Assembly: GCA_017499595.2 (NCBI GenBank)
Contig: CM039006.1
Location: forward strand, 2,542,001 to 2,606,000
Source of the DNA: Psilocybe cubensis
Taxonomy: Eukaryota
DNA length: 64,000 nt
Direction of reading: 5' to 3'
Shown: positions 14,638 to 27,919 of the stretch, in pieces
Numbering within the stretch: the first letter of the stretch is position 1
Layout: every line of letters starts with the position of its first letter
Notes under the pieces: generated by a model
Database searches by the model: none
The model's input: the letters and a program-made list of their open reading frames with translations, nothing else
Told to the model about the DNA's origin: nothing
Made by a program: the position numbers and the translations under genes

Positions 14638-14945
14638 ATGCCACCAATGTGTCATTGCGGGAAAAAGGTATTTACTTTGTTAAGTATGTGACACTACACA
14701 CAATTCATTGACGTTTTCATCAATATACAGATCATGATGATCGACAGGTTGAAAGAGCAAGCAAACCAAACGCAAGCACAGCTATTCAATTGATCAAACG
14801 CCGAAGTTGTACGACGTGCATCGCTGTCGGAGTAGCATGCATTATTTTTGCCGGTAGGGATAGCGGAAGACTGGGTCCATGCATTTTATGTCGGGCATCT
14901 GTGACCAGAACGAAATGCTCCCTGATTACGCGTGCTTTGATATAG
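14638..14945 (+). CDS. Putative 86-aa two-exon protein with a Zn2Cys6-like cysteine cluster
   Basis: Exon 14638-14683, 47-nt intron (GTATGT...ATTGAC...CAG) and exon 14731-14945 give MPPMCHCGKKVFTLLNHDDRQVERASKPNASTAIQLIKRRSCTTCIAVGVACIIFAGRDSGRLGPCILCRASVTRTKCSLITRALI*. It is not in the ORF track. Confidence 0.55.
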
Positions 14946-15624
14946 ACAAGAGACTCGGAATCGCACAGGATTTACAGAGAAACGGGAGGGGTAGTGATAT
15001 AGATGAGCAGCCTCTTGAAGATTAGATTTTGTAATCTTACTTCTACTCCAGAGTTCTGGCGCACACAATTTACACTTTCTTTTCTCAACGCTGAGCGCAC
15101 TAATAAACTTCGAGCTCAAGGAAATCCAAAACGAATTTCAACTTCAAGTTCAAATTCAAGTCGTTTGGTATTAGATTAGATTAGATCTGTCCCTGAGTCA
15201 TGTACATAATGATGGTTATGTAACTAGTTCCTTAGCCTCGAGGCCGAACACATCGTTCTCTGACACGATGGCACCGCTTACGCAGACTCTACCTAAAATC
15301 ACTCATGACGATCGTCGAAAGCTTGATTTTAGGCTTTGTCAAGAACTACAACGGCGTTCAGGGGGGTAACATGGCTAGAAGTTGGTGGACGATATCATCT
15401 CGTTATGCCTCGACAATAATAGTCACAGATTCTCGAACTGCAATCTGGAAACGATGATGATGTGGGCAGCTGGCAGGAGAAAATATATTCATACACGATG
15501 TTACAAAAACACGACATAAACACGAGGCTGCCGCCTGCTCTTCCATCCAAGTTATTGAAAACCACATCACCCACCTACCGCGTAGATAAATCACTTGCTC
15601 CACGTTCTTCACTCCCTGTGTGCT

Positions 15625-18006
15625 ATGCCGGTGTGTCCCCAGTGCGATAATCGACCTTTCAGCAACAGAGAGGCGTTATTACAACACATGAAGAGTAGCA
15701 GCGCTTGGCATCCATTTTGTGCCAGCTGCGATCGACGATTCTCGAGCCAAATGGCGTTCGATGCGGTAATCATCCCCTGCCATTTGACAAGTTGCGTATC
15801 CCCACTCATTTGTTATTTCGTTGTAGCATATGGCGGACAAGCATCCGCCTACTTTCGACTGTACGATATGCAATCGGAGCTACCATGCGCTGTTTGCACT
15901 GGAGGACCACTATCGAGGATCCGCTGCACACCCTAATTGTGTGCGCTGCGGTCGCGGCTTTAAGGACGCGTTGGCCTGTGAAGAGGTACGACCTAGCTTA
16001 TAACACAAGAGTATTTTGCTGACTTTCCAAAGCACCAAAATAATGAACATGGGGACAATTTTGCCTCGGTATGTCGGTTTAATTGGCTCATTACGCCACT
16101 GCGCCGTTGAATCCGAATTGACACCAGCCTTTGCACTAGCACTCCACAGATTCTGTAGTCTCATCGGTGTCCTCTAACTTTGTCACCACCCCACCAGCCA
16201 TACCAAGTGACGATGATCCTTCAACTAAAGAAAACAATGAGTTGGAATCTTTAGATTCAGCCGAAAAAATGGTTTTAGATTGCACGAATGCCAGTGACAT
16301 ATCTCCCACCAGCTCACAGGGCAGTGTCCAGGTGAGAGAGGAATAAAGATTTTGCTAAGCAGGCGACTAAATTTTTATAGGAGCTCATTCCACAGATAGA
16401 GCAAGGAGATACCTCCCCAATCGATTTGCAGGTCGATTTCCGGGTCTCTTCACCACTGACACAGGTGACTCCTCCATTCAGTCCGATGTCACCTAGCTTG
16501 CTTCCCCGACCGGGAACAGACATTGAACAATATTGGACGTCTCGACAGGTAATTTCTTCAAACAAAAATTCGAATACTGTTTCTTATCCATTACCCATCA
16601 GAATATTAGCGCCTCGCGTCGCGTACTGCCCCTTACCAATGGTGTTACGACGAGGATAGAGAATCCTCTCTCCCCTGGACCTGGGACATGGTTCGGGAAC
16701 CGGCTTCCTCCCAGACAATCGTTATTGCCACCTGTGGCTCTTCAACCGACAATCAATTCGCCTTCCCTTCTCCCTTCGCCTCCAATCTCCGCTCAGAGGC
16801 CAGATTTTACTTCACGTCTCTATCCCGGGAGCGTTCGGCAGCACCTGAGAATGCAAAATGAGGCTTTGGGAAGACAACGGATGCCTGGATCCGATACTAG
16901 GCAGTGGGATTTTCACTCAAGGGATCTCACTTCCAGCCATACTCTTACGAGGTATCGAGGTTTGGGAAAGCCTGATGAATCCAGGTGGACCCTGCCACTT
17001 AGAAGGGAGGATGTGCCGCCAGTTGTAACAACTGGAGATCGCCCGTCCATTTTTTATGAGACGTTAACACCGCGAGCCGGCACAATTGCCTCAGAGGGAT
17101 CACCCCAAAGCTCTGACGATATTCTTCGCCAATCCCCTGGCTCTAACAAAAACGAGGTGAGAAAGGATATATATATATGATTTTTCTTTTTAAATGTTAA
17201 CATTTGTGCGCTCCCTAATGCACAGACAGATACAAGACCCACCTCTGCGTCTTCCACTCCGTGTATTAGCCCGGTGAAATACAAAATAACCCCCAGCAGG
17301 TGTGTATAATTCCCGTTCACATTTCAAAAAATTCGCTGATGTACGATACAGCGATTGTCCGAGCCCCCGATCTCCAGACGTGGTCTCCCCCATAGGACTG
17401 GGTGTCCTCCCCTCGATCTCGCCGCTCCCCACAACTCCGATCGACTTAATAGATTTAGATATACCAGAAGCTCGTAAACCCCTTCCAGACTCTCCTATTA
17501 GCTCGCGCACAAGCTCCCCCCCACATACCAACAATTCTACTAGCCATGAAGTTGCGTCTTTTCTCGCTGCTTCAAATACAGACCCTCTGGCGACCAACTC
17601 GCCACTTTCAACCTCGTCGACGAAGAGCTTCGCCACTTCGCCTCAGGAGCCCCTGAACTTCGCTCACCACTCACCCCCCGCGCAAACTCCTCCAATCACG
17701 CCGGTTGCCCTGACAGTCGCTCGGACCACGAGCACGAGCACAAACACGAGCGTAACTTCCAAATCCAATCCAAACCCACTTCATTGCAGGGTTTGCCTCG
17801 CAGACAGCTGCGACGATATCACGGCCAGCATGTGCGGCCATATTTTTTGTAACAGGTGAGCCGGTCTGTAATCGAAATAATCTCGATATTCTCATAATAG
17901 TATGGTTAGATGCATCACGAATGCCGTCATCAAAACGAATCGGTGCCCAGTTTGCCAGACACCAACACTACTTTATTGCCTTTTCCGACTTGACATCGCT
18001 GCCTGA
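15625..18006 (+). CDS. N-terminal C2H2 zinc fingers, Ser/Pro-rich linker and C-terminal C3HC4 RING (probable E3 ligase)
   Basis: Fingers: CPQC..H, CASCDRRF..H, CTICNRSY..EDHY and CVRCGRGF. The spliced C-terminus reads CRVCLADSCDDITASMCGHIFCNRCITNAVIKTNRCPVC...DIAA*. Confidence 0.85.
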
Positions 18007-18378
18007 TAAAGATTGCAAACTGCCTTTCTTGTTGTCGTACATAATCACCCTGTAGCCATACCTCTGCCTTCAACTTTGATAGCATCGAAACTAGACAAAA
18101 AATTGTAGAATACATATAACCAATGATGTTGCCTTTGTCAGACCTTGTGCACCGTCAGCAATTTCGCCGTTGTCAATTATTTGCTTTGGTCTGGCTACAA
18201 ATTTGCAGCAAATAATAAATTTACATACGTCAACTCAGAACTGCGTAAAATTTCCAGGGATTCTCGTTTGGCAGTGGCTCTTCTTCGAACCGTCTTCGGT
18301 CCGACCTGCCGCATAGGGGCCTTACTTTTTTTCCTTTAATTGCATCGACTTTTTCAGCGTGTAAACCGGTTTCCTACA

Positions 18379-20740
18379 ATGCCAGGCCCCGGTAGTCACA
18401 AGAAGTCAAAATCAAAAGCTCCAAGATCCCAGGAGAACGTTCGTCAAATACGCATGGCGGAGATCGACAACGCGGAGGGTTGGAATGCGATAGTAACCTT
18501 GCTTTGCGATCTTTTTCAACTCCCAGGTATGTACCTTCCTTATTCTGCTAGCTTCATGAGATACTATTGTCTCGTCATTTGTCAGATCTCACCTCTCGAA
18601 CTGGATTGAAGCAAGTGCACACCAAATTCAACACCGTGTTCGCTAAAATCGAGGATGTTTACCAGAGAAACCCACAGAATTACAAACTACGAGGCGGAAT
18701 AATTGGGATTTTCGCTAAAATGTGTGTAGACTCCTTGTTGAGAGACAAGCTTTTCGAGAAAGGTACGCAATTTGAACCTTGAAACCCCTTCATATTAGTC
18801 ATATTTTCTCTGGAGGTGTCCTGGGAATGATCACGCCTCTTCTCGAGATAGACGACACCCGTCATTTGGCTCTACGTTGCCTCAGTACCATCACCCACCA
18901 CGGCGGCTCGAACGTTCGGATCGAAATCGCCAAATACGCCAATGTTCTCGCCAAACTTGTTAGAAACCTCCCCGACGATGAAAAGGTCGCAGAGCTTGCA
19001 GTATCGACCCTCGCGCATTCCATAACCGCTGTAACGGATGGTTTCCCAATTCCTGCCAGTCCAGCCGTCCTCAAATCAATAGACATGGTCGAGGTTCTCA
19101 AATCAGCACTCGAAGCTGTCAAAAGATACCACAGCGACCCTCTCTCGCTCATCGACCATGCTATCGAGCTAGTGTGCATGTCGAGCATGCATACCTTGAA
19201 TGCATTCAAGGCATATCCTCCTGCTATCAACTTCATGATCGCTGGCCTTCGGAGCAAGGATTGGGTTACCCGCGCTACATGTCTAGGCGGAATGCTCAGA
19301 CTATATCAATCTGAAGCAGAAGAGAATCCGCGCATTTTTGACACGAGGAAGCTGCTGACCTCAATACGCCGTCGCATTCCCGACCATCTTATTGACCTCC
19401 AGACGGACTACGGGTTCGCGCGATGCGAATTCTATCTATTGGCCAAGGCGTCGGGTGAATTTCCCAAAGCAATGATGGCATGTGTCCAAACCCACGACTT
19501 CCACGCGCTGGGATTGAAACTGGTAGAGCTAATCCTTGCGGCAGAGTTTTCTGTCGTAGAAGGTACGTTCGACGCTGAGGACCCAGTGACTGGAAAACGT
19601 CTGAACGACAACGCTGGGCTCCCGTTCAAAATGTGGTCTGAATCGCTTCCTTTCTGCGCCCAAGTTATCCGGAAGCTGGGAAAACCCAACGAAGCAGACA
19701 TTGCCGACATTCTGGATCTCAAGTACCTCATCATGACACAACGCATCCCGGACGCTGTGGCGTTGGCGAAGAAGTGCATCGAGCGTAATCCACAACAGGC
19801 GTACTTCCACTACGCGATCACGCTTGCGGCTGACAACGTGCAGGGTCTGCGAGCTGCGAAGAAGGGGTTGAAGTGCAAGCTCCTCACCCCCTTTGTCAAG
19901 TGGCAGTTGACGCAGCGCGCGGTCATTCACGCTGCTGATATGGGCGTCAAAATCCTCCAAGATATGCCAGACGTCGGTGACAAGCGGTGGGAAGAAGGTA
20001 TCGCGTTTTTGTCCAGCGCTTGCGAAGATGCCAAATCATTCTTGGAGGGCGCTCCTCCCGACAATCGCTACATGAAAGACGTTGGATATTGGTACATCCT
20101 ACTCAGTATGCTATTGAAGGACGATCTCAGCGCTGATCTACATGAACTCAAAGTGAGTGCTATCTCCGAATGTAGACGAATAAGCTAAGTTTTGTTTCCA
20201 TTGTAGCCTGACCTCGAACGACTGAAAGCTGCTGATGAATTCAGCATTTTCATGGGACTCCCTCCCCCGAAGACGGAACTTCGCCTTGCTCAACAGACCG
20301 CCGTAAAGCATTATCCAGCAGCAATCAAAGAGTTCTCCCGCGTCTTCGACCTGCTAGATAAATGCAAAGGCGAGGCAGGCTGTACAGCGCCTGACCAGGA
20401 TAAACTCGAGGACGACCTCGCTGCATGGCTTGGTGACATGAAACTCAAGGATGGAACGATGCAAAGTGTGGGCGCACGCTGTCCTGGTAACATCGGGCAG
20501 GTAAAAGTCAGCTATGATCAGCTTACCTTGTACCGTTGCTCGTGGTGCGGAAATCCGTCTGCAATGTTGCGGAAATGTACGTGTATCCTTGTCCCGTGTT
20601 TGCAGTATTTGTCGAATTTAGACTGACGGTTGATTCCACTCTACTTAGGCGGGGGATGTGCGAAGACTAGGTATTGCGACAGTGCCTGTCAAAAGTTACA
20701 TTGGGGAGATCATAAGAAGACATGCAAACTTCAAACTTGA
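18379..20740 (+). CDS. ARM/TPR-like helical protein with C-terminal zf-MYND
   Basis: A long helical exon (469-aa ORF) includes TPR-like AVALAKKCIERNPQQAYFHYA. The spliced MYND finger reads CSWCGNPSAMLRKCGGCAKTRYCDSACQKLHWGDHKKTC. Intron 2 appears to need a GAG acceptor. Confidence 0.88.
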
Positions 20741-21609
20741 GCGCTGAGCATGTTCACGATAATTTTATTTGAGGCTAGCAGTGAACGGTCTGTATATTAT
20801 GTATGTACATTTTTGACGAAAAGAGCAAACATCACTACGGCCCCCCACCACTCTGCAAAACATTCCGTGAAGAAAAAAAATCCGATGTCCGTTTGTCGAT
20901 GGCAACCTGAATACTCCGTTTTTTTAAAACAAAAAAGTTAAAGGGAGGATATAGAGCCATAAAAAAGTACAATGAATTGAAATAGTACTCTACAATCAAT
21001 CACCTTTAATAAAAAGTAAACACTAAAGGTGCAACTGCTCAAAAACTGGAAGATTCCAAGTCAATGAAGATCGAATAAAAAAAGGAGTCTTGGAATTTAA
21101 GAGAATACGAGAAAATGAATATATACGATAAGCAGTGCGATCTCTAATAAGTAAGCTATGATGGAAGCATTATAACTCGCCGACAAAGACAAAGTGTGGA
21201 CTCGGGAAGTGGGGTTGATTTCATCGAAGGGTCGGCGGCGTGGTGGTATGTTTTTTGATTTAAAAGAAGAAAAAATTGGGAAGTGGGTGAATAATGCAGG
21301 GAATTCAATTATGCAGGTATATGATACATCCCCCCCTTCAATCCGTTGGGTAAAAAAAGGGGAATTCGAAAAAATGCTTTGACGAGATTGGTTGTTGCTA
21401 GATATCGATGGGTTGATGCTGCAGCGGGTTTGGTCTAATAAAAAATGATGATGACGATGATGGTGATGGTGATAATGTGTGTGTGTGTGCAAGTGCGAGT
21501 GCGAGTGCAATTGTGTGGTGCAGTGAAGACGAGGTCTGAGAGGATGGGGACAATAGGAATATCGTACAAGAAAACAGGTGAAAAAAGAGAAAAGACACGC
21601 CCAATCCAT

Positions 21610-24600
21610 TTACTGTGAATAAGGCGGTATCGACTTTGTCGACGAAGAAGGCGACATCGGCATCTGGATCTGCACGCTCTTCGCCTCCTCCTTCTCCTCT
21701 TCTTTCCCATACGGTGGCGCCGGCGTCGAAGGTAACTGCGCGCGCAACACTGGACTGCCGCTCCTCTCGATCGCAGGCGTCGAAGGCATCGACACAGCCG
21801 GTGTATTCGTCTGCGACCTATTATGCGCCATATGAGCGCGGATGAGGTGACCCGCCGCGAGCGCGCTGAGAAGGGACAGTTCGCCAGCCATAACGGCAGC
21901 TGCGATGAGCCGCGCGAGCGCCTGTGCGTTTTGTCCTGGATGTGAGGGGTGAGCGCCTTTCATGCCGAGCATCTCGAGCACGCTTTGTTGTGGGCCCAAC
22001 ACGGTGCCGCCGCCTACGGTGCCGACTTCGATACATGGCATGCTGACTGTCATAAGCAGATCCTTGCCGTCGTTGATCCTAACAAAACCATAAGCCACAA
22101 AAAAACCAACAAAACGGAGAAAAAAGACATACGACTCCATCAAGGTCATACACATCGAGCTCTCCACATTCTGCGCGGGGTCCTGTCCAGTAGCAAGGAA
22201 AATAGCAGTGAGGATATTTGCAGCGTGCGCATTGAACCCGCCAATCGAACCCGCCATCGCGCTCCCGACAAGGTTTTTCTTCGTGTTCAAATTCACAAGC
22301 GAATCCACCGTCGTCTTCAACACGCTCGTCACAATTTTACCCGGTACCACCGCCTCCGCGACCACACTCTTTCCTCTGCCTTCGATCCAATTGATCGCAG
22401 CTGGCTTCTTATCCGTGCAGTAATTCCCGGACAAAGCAAGGACGACCATTTCAGGGTAATACCTCTGCATCACCTCGAGCGCCTTCTCCGTCCCCTTGGA
22501 AATCATATTCATACCCATCGCATCACCGGTACCGGTCGCGAACCTCACAAAAAGCGTACGTCCCGCCATAGCAGTCTTCAAACTCTTCAACCTCGCAAAC
22601 CTCGATGTGCTCTCAAACGCCTCTTTGAGCACCGCATACCCGTCTTCAGAGTCGATCCACAGCTTCGCGTGCGCCGCCATTTTGATAGTCGGGAAATCGA
22701 TAGCCGGCCCGCGCGTCATACCGTCTTTCACCAGTACGGTTGTTACACCTCCACCGGCGTTGAGCGCTTTGCATCCGCGCGAGGTGGATGCGACGAGGGT
22801 GCCTTCGGCTGTGGCCATGGGTATAGGATACAGTGTGCCGTCGACGTTGAGCGGGCCCGCGATACCGAGAGGGAGAGGGATGTATCCGACGACGTTCTCG
22901 CAGCACGCACCGAGCACACGCGAGTAGTCATAGTTGGCCAGGGGGATATCCGACGATTCGAGTGTCTGCGTCAAGGACGCACGGGCTATTAAAACACAAT
23001 CAGTACATCACATAAAAACAAATCAGAAGGGGAAAGGCAACTCACAAATCAACGCCCTCCTGATCCTCACCGCCCTCTCCAGCTCATTCATACCAAGCAC
23101 CTTCTCAAGCGCATACGCCGCAATCTTCCCGTTCTGCGCCAACAGAATAACTTCCTCATCATTCAACAGCGCAAGCGACTCGCTGATCGGTCGGGGCCCG
23201 TTCTCAAACACATCAATGCACTCCTCGAGCGTGCGGATCGCCTGGACACCATTAGCGTCATTGTCGTTCTCGTTACCCAATGAAGAAGAAGTGTCAGATG
23301 CAGAAGACTCCGAGTAAGGTGGTGTAGGCTGTCCAATAACAGACGTCGATACCGCAGAAGAACCAGAGAGAGGACGAGCAGTGACCGTCATCCGCCTCTT
23401 ATTCCTGCCATCCTTCGTCACAGCCGGGGAAGCCGCAGTATACTTGCGCTCGTGTTCCAGGCGCCTGTCCACATCTTCAAGCGAGAATGTGCCGACCGAT
23501 TTAGCTGCCAAGGTGAGCGCCGAGCTTTCGCGGCGCAGAGTGTGCGTGTGTTGAACAGGTTTAACCTTTTCTTCCTCTGCCTCAACCTCATGTTCCTCTT
23601 CCTCTTCCTCCTCCTCATCTCCCCGCGCAAGCCCAACCCCTTCAAACCTGACCTCCCCTTTCAACCCAAGCACACCAGCTCCAATCCTTGTCCCCACCAC
23701 ACCCGCCGCAATCCCCTTCAAAAGGTACCCATTCAGGGCCACACTAATCGCCAAAATGATCACTATCCATTTACTCAGAATCGGGTCTCCAACGAGGCGT
23801 GTCCAGGAGGACATGAACGACTCGATGACTTCGGAGGTGGTTCTGCGGACGCCGCCAAAGCCGTTGACGGGAGTAGATCCGGTGGATTGGGATTGGTGAG
23901 CGTGTGCGTGGTATGTGGTGTGCAGCGAAGAATCAAGTGAGGGTACAGCGGACGAGGAGACAGAAGACGCGAATGTCCTCCGCGTAGCCTTACCAGCACC
24001 TCCCATAGACGTGGGTAGTACAATACGAACGTACACAGGCGGGGACACTTTCACCAGCAAATCCTTCGGCGTGCGCGTCTGTGTCGCGTTATCGTTATCG
24101 CCACTATGGTCCACATCGACATCAACATTGTGTTCGAGGTTGAGGTTGAGATCAAACCCGAGCTCCTCAGCGGACGCTTCTACGAGCGCATTAAGCGCCG
24201 TACGCACTCCAGGAGCAGTGATATCCACCTTGCGAACCACAACTTGCTGATGCTGAAGGTCCGATCCAGAATTATGCCTCGACGGCGTAAGCGGCGTGAT
24301 AAGATTCAAGATATGCAGCGTCAAAAACGAGGCGATCTGTCCGGCAGTACATTTAGTTTACGCGGTACACAGCGGAGAAACAGATAACAGAGACAGGACA
24401 TACCAAAAGCAATTTTAACCTTGCAACCGGGTTCTCCTGCCCGGCCACCTCTTTACCCTTGCCTTTACCCATAGCCAAAGTCAAACTCTTATCAACCTTC
24501 TTCGCACCTTTACCCAAACCCAATCCATACTCCCACTCATGCAACCCACTCCCCTTCACACCCAACACCGCGCGCTTCACCCTCTCCTTCATCGAAAGCG

Positions 24601-27600
24601 GCAGGGGCGGGGGTGCTGGCCGGACCATCGCACTGCGTGTGTTCGTAATTGTGTTTGAAGAGGCAAATGTAGAAGCAGAAGCAGATGCACTGCGCGGCGT
24701 AGTTGATCCTTGGGAATTAGGTGTAGTTGACGAGTGCGCGTCGGCGTTGATGCTCGTGCTTGTGCTGGATGTGAAGGAGTTGGCGCGGCTTCGCGTGTGG
24801 CTTTGCGTCATCAGACGGACGTTTTTGATGCGTCGGACCTGTTTATTATGTGGATGTACGAGGAAGGTATAGTCAGTAACCGATCAAATTGATAGGTAGA
24901 TAGAGAAGGAGAAGGAGATGTAAGGGGATAGGGGTATAATAAAGAAAGAAAGAATAGAAAAAGCAAAAATGGAGAAAGTTTAAGTAGTCATTTCGTTCCG
25001 CTTCGCTCTGCCTCGCAAAAACATAAAACTTGAGCATTCGACATTCGACAAGCACCTCCGCACATCACATCGGCATCGGCGCAAAACACAACGCGACGCC
25101 AGAAATATCGCTAGCACCCGCAATACCACCACCACTATCAATAGCCCCAGATAACGGTGGACAGGCACAGCATAGCACCCAGCACAGCACCCCGGGACCG
25201 GCACTCGCAAGTAACCATACATGCAAACCCAAACCCAAATCCAATCCAAAGCCCACACACACACCCCAGAATTAACGAAATTCCCGTTAAGGAAGGAGGA
25301 GTCCTCGGGGTCATAAGGTTATAAGTCACGACACTCCCACTTTGGAGCTGGTACAGGCACAGGCACTCTCGGTTCAAGTGCAAAGCGGGGGTGGGGTCCG
25401 AGCACCACAAAAAGACAAAAGAAAAGAGAAAGCAGAGTAGAGTAAAGAAAAGAAAAGAGAAAGCACAGTAAGGAAAAAGAAAAACGGCAAAATCGAAAAC
25501 AAAATAAAGGAAAAACAAAAACAAAATAAACCATTTCGAGCACCGAAAGCACTAACTCTGGCACCAATCAAACCCACTTTCAAAGTTCCACAAAAAACGG
25601 ACCACCGAGTGCCGAATAACGATACCATCCATCCCCCTGTCATATCCTAACCCATCCCATCCCATCCCATACCTTCCGCCTGTCACATAACCTCCAGACA
25701 AAACGGACCCAACCGGAAATGAAAAAAACCGAAAAACACAAACCGTAAAACAAAAAACCGAAAAACCGAAAAACCAAAAGGCGGAAAAAATAGAGATTGC
25801 AAGTCCATGTCAACGCAGCGGAAGACATACAAAGCCGCGACATCGAACTCGAAGAACCCAAACACAAAGATAAAGGTAGAAATAAAAATAGAAAGATAAA
25901 AGAAACAAAAATAGACAACCGCAAAACCCATCCCATCCATCCGCTCTAGCGTGCTCGCGTACAAGCGAGCCACACCAAAAATACACAACCATTGGGGATT
26001 CGCATACCCATACCCATATCCATACCCAAAAATAACCGCAATAGAAAATGTTGCAAAAGACACGCCACAAATGATAAATGTTGAGATGAGAAAGTGAGAT
26101 ATGAAAAAAATGAAAAGTGAGACCACAATCAATAAAATCAAAGTGGCAAAGTGCCAGTGCCAAAACTAGAGTGAGAAAAGAAGATGATGCGAGCAAGAAC
26201 GAAAGCGAAAGCGAAAACGAGAAAGAGAGCGAAAACGAAAACGAAAACGAAAACATAGCCGCAAACCAAACCAAAAAAGAAGAAAAAAACCCAATCAAGA
26301 ACTCACCTCAACCATAACCCCCAAAATCGCCGCCAAATACGTGCACAACAAAAGACAATCCACACCCAACATCAGCGCCGCCAACGCACACACCTCGCTC
26401 AATCCACCAACTCGACTGTACGCGCCTACGGCTAGGACAGCGATTTCAAGGATGTAGTCGCGGATAATGGGGGCGTAGACTAGATGTAAGGATTCAGTTA
26501 TGATTAGGGGTGCGGGTTTGAGTGTCATTGAGGCTCCTGCTGAAGCTGAAGCCGAGGAAGAGGGTGGTGGCGCGAGAGTGTTGGTATTGGTGTTGGTAGC
26601 ATTGTTGGAATTGGAATTGGACGAAGAAGCAAGAATAGGATACCCGGCATCGGTCTTAACAACCCCCTTGACAAGCGCTGGCGGCACACTCAAATGCGGG
26701 TGCAAAAACACCGCTCTCGCAAGCCTCAGCGGTTTATCAAAGCCGACAGTACACACCAAAAACGGGAGTGCCTCCGTCAGCGCTACTGGGTCGATCCTAA
26801 TCCTCAGAGCCATGGCGATAGGGAGCGAAATGAGCATGGCAAGGACGGCGGAAGAAAGAATGGCGAGTGGGAGCCAGAACGAGGAGCCTAGTGCGCGCGA
26901 GCGGATGAGCAGGAGGTAGAATGTTGTGTGCATGAGGATGTATCCTGCGAGGATGAGCAGAATGTCCAGCGAGTCTGCTTTCTGTTTCCAAGTGTATGTA
27001 TATCGATAGGGGTGTGAGAGGTGAGTTAGGAGGTGGTGGGACGAGGAAGGAGGATTCAAAACGCACCTTGGCGAGATCCCAGAAACGCACGACGAGCGCG
27101 CGTGCGGCGTACGCGACCCATTTCCCATTTCGCATCTGGTTAATTGGGACACTCTCAGTCGTTGCCCGACCAGCGTCCACCTCAAAGCGGACACCATGTT
27201 CATCCGTAAACACACGCGGGTGTTGCTGATGCTGGTTATAATGCTGGTGCTGATGTTGATACTGGTGCTCATCACCAACGAGAGCAGCGACAAACTCGTC
27301 GCGCATACCCGGTCTAAACGCCAGCGTCTGCACGAGAGCGCGCGAGCCGGGCTGCTGGAGTGTGAAACACGGTGCACCCTCCCCGTCCGCTGCTGGCAGA
27401 CGATGGCACAGCGCCGCGTACGTGCGCCCCGCTGGCGTCTGAAACGTCTGTGCGAGGTGCTGCGTCATGTTTACCACGGACGCTGCCAATGGAGCCTGTG
27501 TGAGTGAGAGAGACTGCGCATTCGCATTGGAGTAGTCCTGCCAGTGAAACGGTTGGTACAGAGAAAGACTTGTAAGGGTGTAAAACCCGCACCTCAGCGT

Positions 27601-27919
27601 GTCTACGCGCTGCCCCGTCGAGTGTGACCACCACCTGCTGGAGCTCAAGCACCAGCTCATCCGACCTGTGCAGTGCCTTGGCCGCATGTGTCCACGTCCC
27701 CTCGCGCACACCAACCCACTCACCGAGGCGCCACAGCGCATACGCTGGCCGCAGCGTCGGAGGCGCATATACCGACAGCGAGGGGTCAATGAACGCCGAG
27801 TGCTTGATCGCAGAGAGAATGTGGAAGTACGCGAGCGTGCCAATGATGCAGAAGAAGACGATGGTCTCAATGGGTGTGTACGCTGCATGCAGCGCGAACG
27901 GGCGGAAGAGCGCACGCAT
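21610..27919 (-). CDS. HMG1: 3-hydroxy-3-methylglutaryl-CoA reductase (HPIH-like N-terminus, sterol-sensing domain, class I catalytic domain)
   Basis: N-terminus [21 protein letters not shown]; sterol-sensing segment [21 protein letters not shown]; catalytic motifs [52 protein letters not shown] and GHLIRAHM. Confidence 0.97.
24839..26306 (-). other. 1468-nt low-complexity intron of HMG1
   Basis: Donor GAG|GTGAGT at 26306, branch-like ACTGAC and acceptor CAG at 24841-24839. Splicing joins ...GVMVE to [12 protein letters not shown]... in frame. The interior is T/G-rich simple repeats on the sense strand. Confidence 0.85.

Noticed and set aside
21949-23940. Long plus-strand ORFs (347 aa and others) opposite HMG1
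   Set aside because: They are antisense shadows of GC-rich coding exons.
24873-26317. Phe/Leu-rich or Lys/Glu-rich ORFs inside the HMG1 intron
   Set aside because: They are translations of T-rich or A-rich simple repeats.
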